The notes beneath the pieces are model-generated. The model saw nothing but the letters and a program-made list of their open reading frames with translations. It searched no databases and was not told the DNA's origin. Shown piece after piece: positions 1-8,899 of a stretch of DNA of 35,886 nt (position 1 is the first letter of the stretch; each line of letters starts with the position of its first letter). Both the position numbers and the translations under genes were made by a program. This stretch comes from a virus. Its lineage: Duplodnaviria; Caudoviricetes. The DNA is taken from positions 1-35,886 of the IMG/VR virus record IMGVR_UViG_3300009149_000127, one strand, 5' to 3'.

Positions 1-741
1 GGTGGAGGAAAAGGTGACGATGATGATAAAAAGCAGAAAAATCTCTCATTTAATGCTCCAAGTATAGATAATGTAATTCAGCCGATCACAATGAAAATTC
101 CATCTGGGAATGAGGTGTATCTCATTACAATTCAGGCACTTCTTACAAAACTGAAATTTGATTTCACAGATACATTAGTGAGAGATATAAAAATAAGTGG
201 ATCGGGTGTTGTAAATTGGATAACCAAGATCGCCATGAAAAATATCAGGCGGGCGCTCAACACATCTTTGAATCAGATTATAAAAAAATATCCATCTGTT
301 TTTGATAAATCAGTAGGAACTGAAGTTTTCAATAGAAGTTCATTCGGGGAGGCATTTCCAGATATCATGAAAACGACCTATTGTTTTGTTGATTTGTCTG
401 AACTCCCACCAGAATATGAAAATAAAATTTTTGATAAAGATGTTTTGGTTAATATGATATCACTCGGTTGGTCTGGATTTGTTTTTTATATTCCGGAAAA
501 ATCTAGATTGATTTTTATTTCCAGACGACTCACATATGATCACATTGGATCCGGACAAAGAGTGTCCCCAGATGATTTTGATATCAGATTTGTAAATTTG
601 AATATGCTTAGATCATTTAGCAATTTGGCAGAAAAATCTCAATATTTCACAAAAGACCAGCTCGATAAAATAATGTCGAATGTTTCTACTGTCGGCTTTC
701 AAAAGGGACTGTCCATTGCAAGGAAACTGGTACAAAAATAA
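1..741 (+). CDS. Hypothetical phage protein, 5'-truncated by the window edge
   Basis: The frame of ORF 91..741 is open back to position 1 (GGGKGDDDDKKQ...). Its stop TAA overlaps the next ATG (TAATG). No recognisable motif. Confidence 0.75.
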   Translation, partial: GGGKGDDDDKKQKNLSFNAPSIDNVIQPITMKIPSGNEVYLITIQALLTKLKFDFTDTLVRDIKISGSGVVNWITKIAMKNIRRALNTSLNQIIKKYPSVFDKSVGTEVFNRSSFGEAFPDIMKTTYCFVDLSELPPEYENKIFDKDVLVNMISLGWSGFVFYIPEKSRLIFISRRLTYDHIGSGQRVSPDDFDIRFVNLNMLRSFSNLAEKSQYFTKDQLDKIMSNVSTVGFQKGLSIARKLVQK

Positions 742-1310
742 TGGATTCTAATATCATTTGTAAAGGCAACTCTCCACTAGGTGGATTGCCTTTTCAAAGA
801 GAAACATTTTATACTGATAAAGAAGAAAAGAAATTTGTCAAATCAGTTAAGTCCCTTGTGCGTCAAAGTATGGAATATAGAGAATGGAAGCGATTTCTTA
901 TAGAAGATAGAGGATTGGTTGAATGTTTGTTTACAAAAGAAATAATGGACGAGTGTACTATTGAATTTCATCATCATCCTATTAGTATGGAAAATATAGT
1001 AAATGCTATATTAGATCAGTACATATATAAAGAAAAACCATTTTCTTCTTTTGACATAGCGACCGAAATAATGATTTTGCATTTTGGTATGAAGATTAGT
1101 ATTGTTCCCATGGTAAAAACATTGCACGAGAAATTTCATAATGGTTTTCTTAAAATTCCTATAAATTATGTTATAGGAGATTATAAATGGTTTATGGAGT
1201 ATTATCCTCTGAGAGAGGAAGCTCTCGATGTAGTTAATAAATACATGATTGTTAAAGAAACGAATTTTTTAGGTTGGGATAGAGGAGACACGGACAATGT
1301 CATTGAGTAA
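741..1310 (+). CDS. Hypothetical protein with degenerate HNH-like His pattern
   Basis: 189 aa, coupled to its neighbours. CLFT...IEFHHHP...LHEKFHNG resembles an HNH-type fold, but the second Cys pair is absent. Confidence 0.55.
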   Translation: MDSNIICKGNSPLGGLPFQRETFYTDKEEKKFVKSVKSLVRQSMEYREWKRFLIEDRGLVECLFTKEIMDECTIEFHHHPISMENIVNAILDQYIYKEKPFSSFDIATEIMILHFGMKISIVPMVKTLHEKFHNGFLKIPINYVIGDYKWFMEYYPLREEALDVVNKYMIVKETNFLGWDRGDTDNVIE

Positions 1311-1698
1311 AATAGATATTGATAGTAAAAATAGATCTATAGAATTATATGATTTGGAATTCTTTAGAAATAAATATCTGATTCATGATGATTTTTTCAA
1401 GGGTGGATCCGCTACAATAGATAATCCCTATATTGAATTATTGGCTCAGAACTATGATTTTCTTAGACAAAATTCTGTTCAGGCCGATCTAGATAAAAAA
1501 TATATCTTCAGACCAGATTATCTAGCATATGACATCTATGGAACTATAAGTTTGTGGCATATGTTATTGTTTGTAAATAATTGCTTTACTATAGAAGAAT
1601 TTAAACTTGAGAAGGTTTATATTCCTACTAAAGGCGCAGTAAGACAGGTTTTAAGAAATTATATTAAAAATGATATAAAGGAAGTTCAGGAGGAATAA
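1297..1698 (+). CDS. Baseplate wedge protein, T4 gp53-like (LysM-like fold)
   Basis: RPDYLAYDIYGTISLWHMLLFVNN matches the RPD.ia...YG...LwW.il..N pattern of gp53-type proteins. RBS GAGGAG upstream; lies near the spike genes. Confidence 0.7.
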   Translation: MSLSKIDIDSKNRSIELYDLEFFRNKYLIHDDFFKGGSATIDNPYIELLAQNYDFLRQNSVQADLDKKYIFRPDYLAYDIYGTISLWHMLLFVNNCFTIEEFKLEKVYIPTKGAVRQVLRNYIKNDIKEVQEE

Positions 1699-2612
1699 TG
1701 GTAAAGAAATTTTCATTAGTCAAACTAAAAAATTACTATGATGATGACTATAGAAGGTTTTCATTGAGTTCATCAGGTAAAGATAAAATCCTTTTCAATC
1801 TGCTGAAAAATACAAAAATTAGAATTGCCAATAAATTGTTAGATAAATTTGTTGATTACTTGATTGAAAATATTGAGCAGATATTCACTGTAAAATCATT
1901 CAGAGGCAAAGGTAAGATAGAATTGATTTCAGATAGTAGGTATCCGCTGAGTTGTTATGTTGATAAAAAAGGAACCGTTCTTATCAATTTCACAAAAAGA
2001 TTGACTGAATATTCAAAGAGTGAATTGGTGTCGATCATTTCGTATGGTTTGGTTTACTGGGCGGTTCTTTATGTTCCAGCATTTTCTAATGTGAATTTAT
2101 GGTTAGACTATCAAGTTGTTATACTCCATAATTTTATGATGAATATGTTTGGAAAATCGTATGGTGTTTTTAATGATATGGATTTGGTTAATAATTCTAT
2201 CTATTTATCCACATTGCATTGTGTTGTAAATATGTGGCAACAGCCATTTAAAAAATATTATTCTAGCACCATTTCAAATTACAACTTAACATCACTAGAA
2301 AAATTTCCAGAATTGATTAAAAGTACAACCGATTTAAATAAATTAAATTTTGATATCATTAGATGGGTGGATTTATTAGATAAATTTGTCTATTTTGGAA
2401 TTACAATGCAGGCAATAACATCGAGAATAGCACACCATTTATCATTGGAAGCGCTTGTTATGTTGGAATCATCTGATAGATTTTTCCCATTAATTTATGC
2501 TTCATTGATTTCGGACGCATATGGTAATCTAAGTTATAATCTTCCATATGAAACAGCCACACAGATGTCATTAAAAATAACAAAATATTTAATTTCCTCA
2601 CTGGAGGTTTAA
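1698..2612 (+). CDS. Hypothetical protein (possibly virion structural)
   Basis: 304-aa ORF with AGGAGG RBS and TAATG coupling, between the gp53-like and gp5-like genes. No recognised motif. Confidence 0.7.
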   Translation: MVKKFSLVKLKNYYDDDYRRFSLSSSGKDKILFNLLKNTKIRIANKLLDKFVDYLIENIEQIFTVKSFRGKGKIELISDSRYPLSCYVDKKGTVLINFTKRLTEYSKSELVSIISYGLVYWAVLYVPAFSNVNLWLDYQVVILHNFMMNMFGKSYGVFNDMDLVNNSIYLSTLHCVVNMWQQPFKKYYSSTISNYNLTSLEKFPELIKSTTDLNKLNFDIIRWVDLLDKFVYFGITMQAITSRIAHHLSLEALVMLESSDRFFPLIYASLISDAYGNLSYNLPYETATQMSLKITKYLISSLEV

Positions 2613-2619
2613 TATTTCT

Positions 2620-3567
2620 ATGAATACAAAGACGTTTTTTGAATTAGGAACAAATGAAAGAAAGTTATCTTACCATGATTTTTATCGAGCCACTGTCATA
2701 GACAACAAAGATAAAGAGAAATTTGGTAGAGTTAAAATCTTCATTCCTGATTTAATGAAAGAAGATAAATTTGATGATAACGAAGGTCTTTGGGCTTGGC
2801 CAGCAAACAATCCTGTTGGTGGTAGAAACAAAGGGGAAAAGAAAGAAGGAAAAGAACCGAAGCTAGATTGTCATCATTATGGTACATGTTATATACCAGC
2901 TGACGGGGCTTTTGTGTGGGTGTGGTTTGAATCAGGAAACCCAAATAGGCCATACTATATGTGTGGTTTGGATATAAGTCATAAACCAGTACCACCAGAA
3001 AACCAGCTCGGGAAAGAATGGTGGAACAAATGGACTATCATGAGGAGTCCTGATGGTAGAGTTATTATTGTGAGTGATGATCCAGATGATGAGCGTATTG
3101 AGATAACTGGGAAGAAAAGATTATATAAGAAAGAAGAAGACGATGCAACTGGATCTGTTTACACCATAGATGAAAACCAAACAGTCATTCTTTTAGATGA
3201 AAGAGATGGAAAAGAGAAATTGCTGATAAGAGATTATAAAGGAAACTTTATTAATCTTGTTCAAAAAGACGACACTTTGCATGTTGGAATGAAAGGAAAC
3301 CTAAAAGTAAAAATAGAAAAAGATACCCATATAACTTTAGAAGGCGATGTGAATATCCATGTCAAAGGAAATATTAAATATAAGGTCGATGGAAATATTA
3401 CAAGAGAAATTGGTGGAAAGGAGACAAGTAAAATTGGAGATTCGTGGGAAGTTGAATCAGATGATAAAATAGCTTTTGATGGATCGAATATATACTTGAA
3501 TTCTGGTGAAGCATCAGCAGATACAGTCTCCCCAGAACCCGAAGAACCAGAAGGAGAGAGAGACTAA
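2620..3567 (+). CDS. Baseplate central spike, gp5/VgrG-like (OB fold plus beta-helix repeats, no lysozyme domain)
   Basis: YRATVIDNKDKEKFGRVKIFIP, WAWPA and IPADGAFVWVWFESGNPNRPYY match the gp5 N-terminal OB domain. The C-terminus has ~8-aa V.G repeats (VKGNIKYKVDGNITREIGG) ending in IYLN. Confidence 0.85.
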   Translation: MNTKTFFELGTNERKLSYHDFYRATVIDNKDKEKFGRVKIFIPDLMKEDKFDDNEGLWAWPANNPVGGRNKGEKKEGKEPKLDCHHYGTCYIPADGAFVWVWFESGNPNRPYYMCGLDISHKPVPPENQLGKEWWNKWTIMRSPDGRVIIVSDDPDDERIEITGKKRLYKKEEDDATGSVYTIDENQTVILLDERDGKEKLLIRDYKGNFINLVQKDDTLHVGMKGNLKVKIEKDTHITLEGDVNIHVKGNIKYKVDGNITREIGGKETSKIGDSWEVESDDKIAFDGSNIYLNSGEASADTVSPEPEEPEGERD

Positions 3568-3821
3568 TGGCAGAAGGTGTTGCAAGAAAGGGCGACGAGT
3601 TGGATGATGGGGATGCAATAATAGATGGACCATGCTCCAATAATGTTTTTATAAATAGTAAAAAAGCTGCTTTAAAAGGAGATGCAACCGATCCAGATGT
3701 TGGTGATTTAGATGGTTCGAGAAATGTGTATGTGAATGGTGAAGACCTTCAGGCAAATGGAGACGAAACAACACTTGGATCTGTAATAACCGAAGCATCA
3801 GATAATGTTTTTGTGGGATAG
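3567..3821 (+). CDS. PAAR-like spike tip protein
   Basis: 84 aa with three PAAR-like repeats (VARKGD, AALKGD, LQANGD), NVFIN/NVYVNG and a C-terminal SDNVFVG. Directly downstream of the gp5-like gene. Confidence 0.85.
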   Translation: MAEGVARKGDELDDGDAIIDGPCSNNVFINSKKAALKGDATDPDVGDLDGSRNVYVNGEDLQANGDETTLGSVITEASDNVFVG

Positions 3822-3831
3822 GAGTTATGAA

Positions 3832-4263
3832 ATGAATAATATATTTTTGGAATTTGCTATTAAATTACTCGAGGCATATAAAGAAAAACAATATAAATAT
3901 GTCATTCATAAGCATGCTGCGTATAAAGCAGGACTCCATTATGATCTTAGAATTGAAAAAGATAATAAAAAATTAGATTCATGGGCCGTCAGAAAGGGAC
4001 CACCGGAAAAGCCAGGAGAGAAAAGATTGGCAGTGAAACAACCAGTTCATAAAAGTTGGTGGTTAACATTCAAAGGCGAGATACCAAAAGGAGAGTATGG
4101 TGGTGGCAAGTTTGAAATATGGGATACTGGAACACTTAAAAAATTGGTTGATAGAGAAAATGATATGGTTTTCGAAATAATTTCTTCGAAGAAATTAGAA
4201 GGAAAATATATTTTACATAGAATGAGTGGTCAAAATTGGATATTTTTTAAGGCTAAAAAATAA
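3832..4263 (+). CDS. Stand-alone DNA ligase D 3'-phosphoesterase (PE) domain protein
   Basis: YVIHKH..A..LHYDLRIE, SWAVRKGP, KRLAV...H and GEIPKGEYGGG..EIWDTG are LigD PE-domain motifs. Start moved to ATG 3832, after GGAG at 3821-3824. Confidence 0.88.
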   Translation: MNNIFLEFAIKLLEAYKEKQYKYVIHKHAAYKAGLHYDLRIEKDNKKLDSWAVRKGPPEKPGEKRLAVKQPVHKSWWLTFKGEIPKGEYGGGKFEIWDTGTLKKLVDRENDMVFEIISSKKLEGKYILHRMSGQNWIFFKAKK

Positions 4264-4283
4264 ACACACTTTGGGAGGAATAA

Positions 4284-5393
4284 ATGTTTGAAAAGGAAGT
4301 TAAAGATGTATTATCGGTTATCAAAGGTGTAGATGTAAAACCAATGAAACCATCCTCTAATATTTCCAAATTGATGTCTAAAATAAAAGTAACAGTAATG
4401 AATATAAAGAACCCCACTGTTAGAAGAAAATTAGATTCAAGTTTTGCAGAGGTTACAAGATTATATAAGGGAATTCTAAAGGATCCTAGTAAAAATAATT
4501 TTAATAAATTGCGCATAGCTCTTGTTAATCTGGCAAAGAATAGCAAAGTCGAATCTAATAATAATATGAACAGATTGAAAGCATCTGCTGTTGGAGGACC
4601 TCAGCCCCCAGCTGGGGCGTTTCAAAATATTGATTTTGCGGAAAAAATAGTTGATGGGTTTATGTTTTTTCTTCAGATGTTATTTTTTGCAGGGGTTGCT
4701 GTGGCGTTGTGGGCGACGGTAAATATAATTATTAATTTACTTCCGTTATTATTGGCTGTTATTCAACCAATTCTTTTTACGGTTGTCTTTATTTTTATTA
4801 TTTTACCATATACAGGGGTGGCATTATATGGAATGTATTTTGCATCAAAAGGAAAATTTGGTTATTATGCGGATGTATTAACAGAAACTATGAAGGATTT
4901 ATATAAATCTGATTGGACATTTAACACAATGTGGAAGCTTTTAAAATATGCTGCATTGATAACAGTTATAGTTGCAACGGCGATTCCGATATTGGTGGCT
5001 GCTACTGGTCTTCCACTTGTTGCAGAAATAAGTGCTATGTTGTTAGGACTTTTAAATCTCCCGGTAACTATTGGGTTCTTTACAATGACTACATATTTGC
5101 TCTTTAGGTTATACAAACAGATCACCGAAGTATTGGGATTTTCTTATTTTACTGGGTCATTGAAAGCCATGAGTGAAACATTTATAACAGTTGGTGGAGA
5201 AATAATGAGGCTGTTTTATATGGCAAAAGATTCAAGTAAAATACAATCAGCGCTGGAAAGATTCAAAGATTTCTTTGGAAAACTTAAATTAAAAGGCAAA
5301 GATCTGGCTGGAATTCAAGCAGAAGATGTTATAAACTCTTCTCTGAACTTCAGTATGATTAAAAACAATGTGATTGATGGTATTAACTATTAA
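4284..5393 (+). CDS. Multi-pass membrane protein of unknown function
   Basis: 369 aa with GGGAGG RBS. A basic helical N-terminus is followed by about four long hydrophobic segments. Confidence 0.75.
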   Translation: MFEKEVKDVLSVIKGVDVKPMKPSSNISKLMSKIKVTVMNIKNPTVRRKLDSSFAEVTRLYKGILKDPSKNNFNKLRIALVNLAKNSKVESNNNMNRLKASAVGGPQPPAGAFQNIDFAEKIVDGFMFFLQMLFFAGVAVALWATVNIIINLLPLLLAVIQPILFTVVFIFIILPYTGVALYGMYFASKGKFGYYADVLTETMKDLYKSDWTFNTMWKLLKYAALITVIVATAIPILVAATGLPLVAEISAMLLGLLNLPVTIGFFTMTTYLLFRLYKQITEVLGFSYFTGSLKAMSETFITVGGEIMRLFYMAKDSSKIQSALERFKDFFGKLKLKGKDLAGIQAEDVINSSLNFSMIKNNVIDGINY

Positions 5394-5413
5394 TTTTTTC
5401 AATTTTTAAAATA

Positions 5414-5428
5414 GAGAACATAATTAAA
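5414..5428 (+). promoter_or_regulatory. Putative phage promoter, class A (GAGAACATAATTAAA)
   Basis: Recurring GAACAWAA+A/T-tract motif, intergenic, just upstream of the RBS of the UDG gene. Confidence 0.6.
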
Positions 5429-5445
5429 CATGAGAAGGTGTAAAT

Positions 5446-6438
5446 ATGGGGAGTCCTTACAGCGTTTATTTTGATTGGTTATATGACGGAGCAGATAGTG
5501 AATTGCCAGAAGTAGTTATAGATAATAAAAGTAAATTTTCAATTCACTATCTGCTTAATCTTTTCATATTAAATCGTAAAGTGTGTCTATATGCCAATAA
5601 GTATATTAATAATTTTTATTGTATAGGTCTTTCATTTGAAGATTTTTCTAAAACAATAAAATTTATTATTCAACAATTCAGCATTCAAAAATCTGATCTT
5701 TTTCATTCAAAATTTATCTACGATAGAAAAGACAAAGAAATTTATGAAATAATGGATAGATATCCTTATTTGAAATATGGAGATATTGTGTTATTATATG
5801 ATAGATTTAAGAAACATCACAACGATGATTATAGTAAAAAAATAATTAAGAAAAAATCGGCCAAACAAAGTAAAATATCTTTCGACAACATAGTGGCTGA
5901 ATTCAAAGACATAAAGAAAAGTTGTGATGGATGTATTCTAATGGACGAGCCGATGTGTTTGTTTGATACAAATAGTAAAACAAATATTCTCAATATTGAT
6001 ATTATGTTTATTGGAGAGGCTCCAGGAATAAAAGACATCGAGGATGGAAAACCATTTGTCGGCAAGCCTGGGAAACTTTTTAGAAAATATATTAAAGATT
6101 ATATTATTAAAAATAAATTAAAATACTTTATAACAAATTCAGTTTTGTGTCGTCCAATAAATAATATAATGGATCAGAAGTATGTTTCGAACTGTTCTAA
6201 AAATTTAGATAAGGTGATCGAACTAGTGAAACCAAAGATGTTGGTTGCTGTTGGTGCAACAACGATGAATAGGTTGGGATGTGAAGAAAAAATTAGTAAA
6301 TTTCATGGAAACTCATTTGAATATAATGGGTTAAAGTGTTTTGCTTTGATACATCCAAATGCACTACTGAGAAATACGTTTAGTGAATCTGTGTATGAAG
6401 AAGATTTTCTCAAATTGGTCAGTCTTCTAAGGGGGTAA
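5446..6438 (+). CDS. Family-4 uracil-DNA glycosylase domain fused to a ~150-aa N-terminal domain
   Basis: CDGC, IMFIGEAPG..D...GKPFVGKPG, ITNSVLCRP, NC, LVAVGAT and HP motifs, with four Cys typical of the 4Fe-4S family-4 UDG. Confidence 0.85.
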   Translation: MGSPYSVYFDWLYDGADSELPEVVIDNKSKFSIHYLLNLFILNRKVCLYANKYINNFYCIGLSFEDFSKTIKFIIQQFSIQKSDLFHSKFIYDRKDKEIYEIMDRYPYLKYGDIVLLYDRFKKHHNDDYSKKIIKKKSAKQSKISFDNIVAEFKDIKKSCDGCILMDEPMCLFDTNSKTNILNIDIMFIGEAPGIKDIEDGKPFVGKPGKLFRKYIKDYIIKNKLKYFITNSVLCRPINNIMDQKYVSNCSKNLDKVIELVKPKMLVAVGATTMNRLGCEEKISKFHGNSFEYNGLKCFALIHPNALLRNTFSESVYEEDFLKLVSLLRG

Positions 6439-6440
6439 TA

Positions 6441-6782
6441 GTGGATTCATACAAAGTGAAATTACTTGGACGCAACTTGACGATAGTAAAACAGGATGTG
6501 CATCCAGGAGCAGATCCCGAAAATCAGGGCTGCGCTTTTTGTACAAATGATTTAGTGTTTGTTAATTCCGCTGATAAAGAATATTCTTTTGATGTGTTGA
6601 TTCATGAATTGATGCATCATTTTTTTTGGATAGGCGGGCGCAGAGATGATGATGAACAATCCAATTTGGAGCATATATGCAATATTGTTCCAGCATTTAT
6701 AAATGCCATGATAAATGAAAATGGATTTGATATTTTTGGAAAATTGTCTGTGTGGGTTAGTGAAGAAGAGGAGGGTCAATGA
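6441..6782 (+). CDS. Small HExxH metallopeptidase-like protein
   Basis: VLIHELMHH plus a downstream Glu (LEHIC). GTG start after AAGGGGG; ATGA overlap with the next gene. Confidence 0.6.
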   Translation: MDSYKVKLLGRNLTIVKQDVHPGADPENQGCAFCTNDLVFVNSADKEYSFDVLIHELMHHFFWIGGRRDDDEQSNLEHICNIVPAFINAMINENGFDIFGKLSVWVSEEEEGQ

Positions 6783-7498
6783 GTAAATCTCTTCCACTTG
6801 TCGAAACTGTAGTATCTTGGCAGGGTGAAGGAATATTTCAAGGAGAGTTATCGTTTTTCCTAAGATTTAAAAGATGTAATAGAAAAGTGCCATGTCCATT
6901 TTGTGACACAATGGAAAGAATAAGTGATTCGTTTGAACATAACATATGTTTTGATGATCTGTTTAACGTTGCACATACCATAAATGATAAATACGTTATA
7001 ACTGGCGGCGAGCCAACACTATATAATAATCATCTTGTGGATTTTTTTAAATATTTGGATTCTAAAATAAAAAATGGAATAGTTTCTAAAGTAACAATAG
7101 AAACTAACGGATACAAATTGAAAAATCTAATAGCAAAATTGGAAAATGGTGTTAGTTTTGTTTTTTTGGAAAATATATTTTATGATTATTCCCCAAAAGA
7201 ATTTGATAATCCGGAGGAATATAAAAAGATATTATCCATTGTAGAATTTTTATATGAAAAATATAATGAAAATTCTTATATTAAGATAGTTGCTTATGAT
7301 CACAAAGAAAAATACAAATATACAAAACAAATATTAGAAGATTTGACCAATAGGTTTCCCAAATTATTAATATATGTTATGCCAGAGGGTTCAACATATA
7401 CAGAAATAATATTGCACGCATCTGAAATTTTATCTATTGTTAAACATTATAAATGTAATTTTTCTAGTAGGATGCATTTAATTCATAATTTTTACTAA
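6779..7498 (+). CDS. queE: 7-carboxy-7-deazaguanine synthase-like radical SAM protein
   Basis: SWQGEG, FLRF..C..C..CDT, VITGGEPTL, IETNG, SPK, YVMPEG and C-terminal SSRMH are QueE hallmarks. Confidence 0.82.
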   Translation: MSKSLPLVETVVSWQGEGIFQGELSFFLRFKRCNRKVPCPFCDTMERISDSFEHNICFDDLFNVAHTINDKYVITGGEPTLYNNHLVDFFKYLDSKIKNGIVSKVTIETNGYKLKNLIAKLENGVSFVFLENIFYDYSPKEFDNPEEYKKILSIVEFLYEKYNENSYIKIVAYDHKEKYKYTKQILEDLTNRFPKLLIYVMPEGSTYTEIILHASEILSIVKHYKCNFSSRMHLIHNFY

Positions 7499-7510
7499 TG
7501 GGAGATTAAT

Positions 7511-8887
7511 GTGAAGTTGATCGATAAAAATGAAGGCTATGTTGCTGCTGCGGGACTTTCCATATTTGGAAGGTATGATAAAAAAATGGAAAACAAGGAT
7601 AATATTTATGATAAAATTAAAGACTTAATTTTGAGTTATTGTAATAAATCTCTATATTGTTATGCTAGAGGTATAAGCGAACAGCACGGATTCAGAGAAT
7701 TGAAGCACAACAAATCAATAACCAGAGATATGTTGAGAAGAAAAAATTATAATGATTTAACAAAAGAAATGGTTCTGTATATAGATAGCGGGGGTTTTCA
7801 ATGCGCACTTGGTTATATAAAAAAATCCCAGTTGGATTTATATATAGATACATACTGTGAATTTTTAATAGAGAATTGTGAACATTATGATTGGGCATTT
7901 TCTTTAGATATGCCTCCATTTGATAATTTGTTTCTCGATGCTGATGATATGTTCAAGATAAATATAGATTCATACATTAGATTGTTTGGGAATCTCCCAC
8001 AACATGTCAGGGAGAAACTTATATTTGTCAAACATTTTAGGACTCCATCGCAATATGACGTGTGGAATCGTATAATAAATAATAAGGAAGTGATGAGTGG
8101 TTTCGAAAGTAACTATTGGTCAGTTGGTGGTATAGTTGCCAATTTAACTGGTGAGCACTTCATTCCTTATATATCTTATTGTATACCATTTTCTGAAATA
8201 TTTAAATGGTGTTTGGAGAATGATAGAAAAGAAGTTACAATACACATTCTTGGTGGATGTAGTTACAGGGATATAATGTATTATATATTTGCTAAAAGAT
8301 ATGCTGAATTGAAATTGGGTCTCGTTGTTCATTTTACTTATGATTCGACAAGTCTTGCCAGACAGGTTTTGCTTGGTAGATATGTATATATAATAAACGA
8401 AAATGGCAGAATGGGAAAATGTAGTTTTAAATCAGATCAGTTAAAAGATAAAGTGCAGGGCATGACAGTTAATGATTGGATATATAAATGCATGAGAGAT
8501 GTTTGTGAGTATGCAGATATCGATATTGAGATGCCAAAAAATATATATGGAGAAAAGAATCTCAATCCAGTTGCAGAAATGCTAGTTGTAACATACCAAG
8601 TTCATCTATTCAAAAAAATGAGTGATATCTATGAAAAAATTGCGTATTCCATGACATTAGAAGAAATGGAAAATCAAGATTATTTCGATAGCAAAATAAT
8701 AGATGTTTTATTTGGAATAAATGATCATAGATATAGTAGAAAATTTAGAAGTAAAACAAATAATTTTCACAGATCCGTGATGTATTTAGCTACTGGAGAT
8801 AAAGAGAACAATAGAAAAGTGATAAATTATTACATGGCGAAAGATGAGTTAAAATTCATAAATGACGTCAGTGTTGATACATTTTAG
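7511..8887 (+). CDS. tRNA-guanine transglycosylase-fold protein (DpdA/TGT-like guanine transglycosylase)
   Basis: YIDSGGFQ (TGT catalytic Asp motif), SLDMPP, SVGG, HILGG and TYDSTS. Adjacent to queE; GTG start after GGGAG. Confidence 0.7.
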   Translation: MKLIDKNEGYVAAAGLSIFGRYDKKMENKDNIYDKIKDLILSYCNKSLYCYARGISEQHGFRELKHNKSITRDMLRRKNYNDLTKEMVLYIDSGGFQCALGYIKKSQLDLYIDTYCEFLIENCEHYDWAFSLDMPPFDNLFLDADDMFKINIDSYIRLFGNLPQHVREKLIFVKHFRTPSQYDVWNRIINNKEVMSGFESNYWSVGGIVANLTGEHFIPYISYCIPFSEIFKWCLENDRKEVTIHILGGCSYRDIMYYIFAKRYAELKLGLVVHFTYDSTSLARQVLLGRYVYIINENGRMGKCSFKSDQLKDKVQGMTVNDWIYKCMRDVCEYADIDIEMPKNIYGEKNLNPVAEMLVVTYQVHLFKKMSDIYEKIAYSMTLEEMENQDYFDSKIIDVLFGINDHRYSRKFRSKTNNFHRSVMYLATGDKENNRKVINYYMAKDELKFINDVSVDTF

Positions 8888-8899
8888 GAGGGCACAAAT

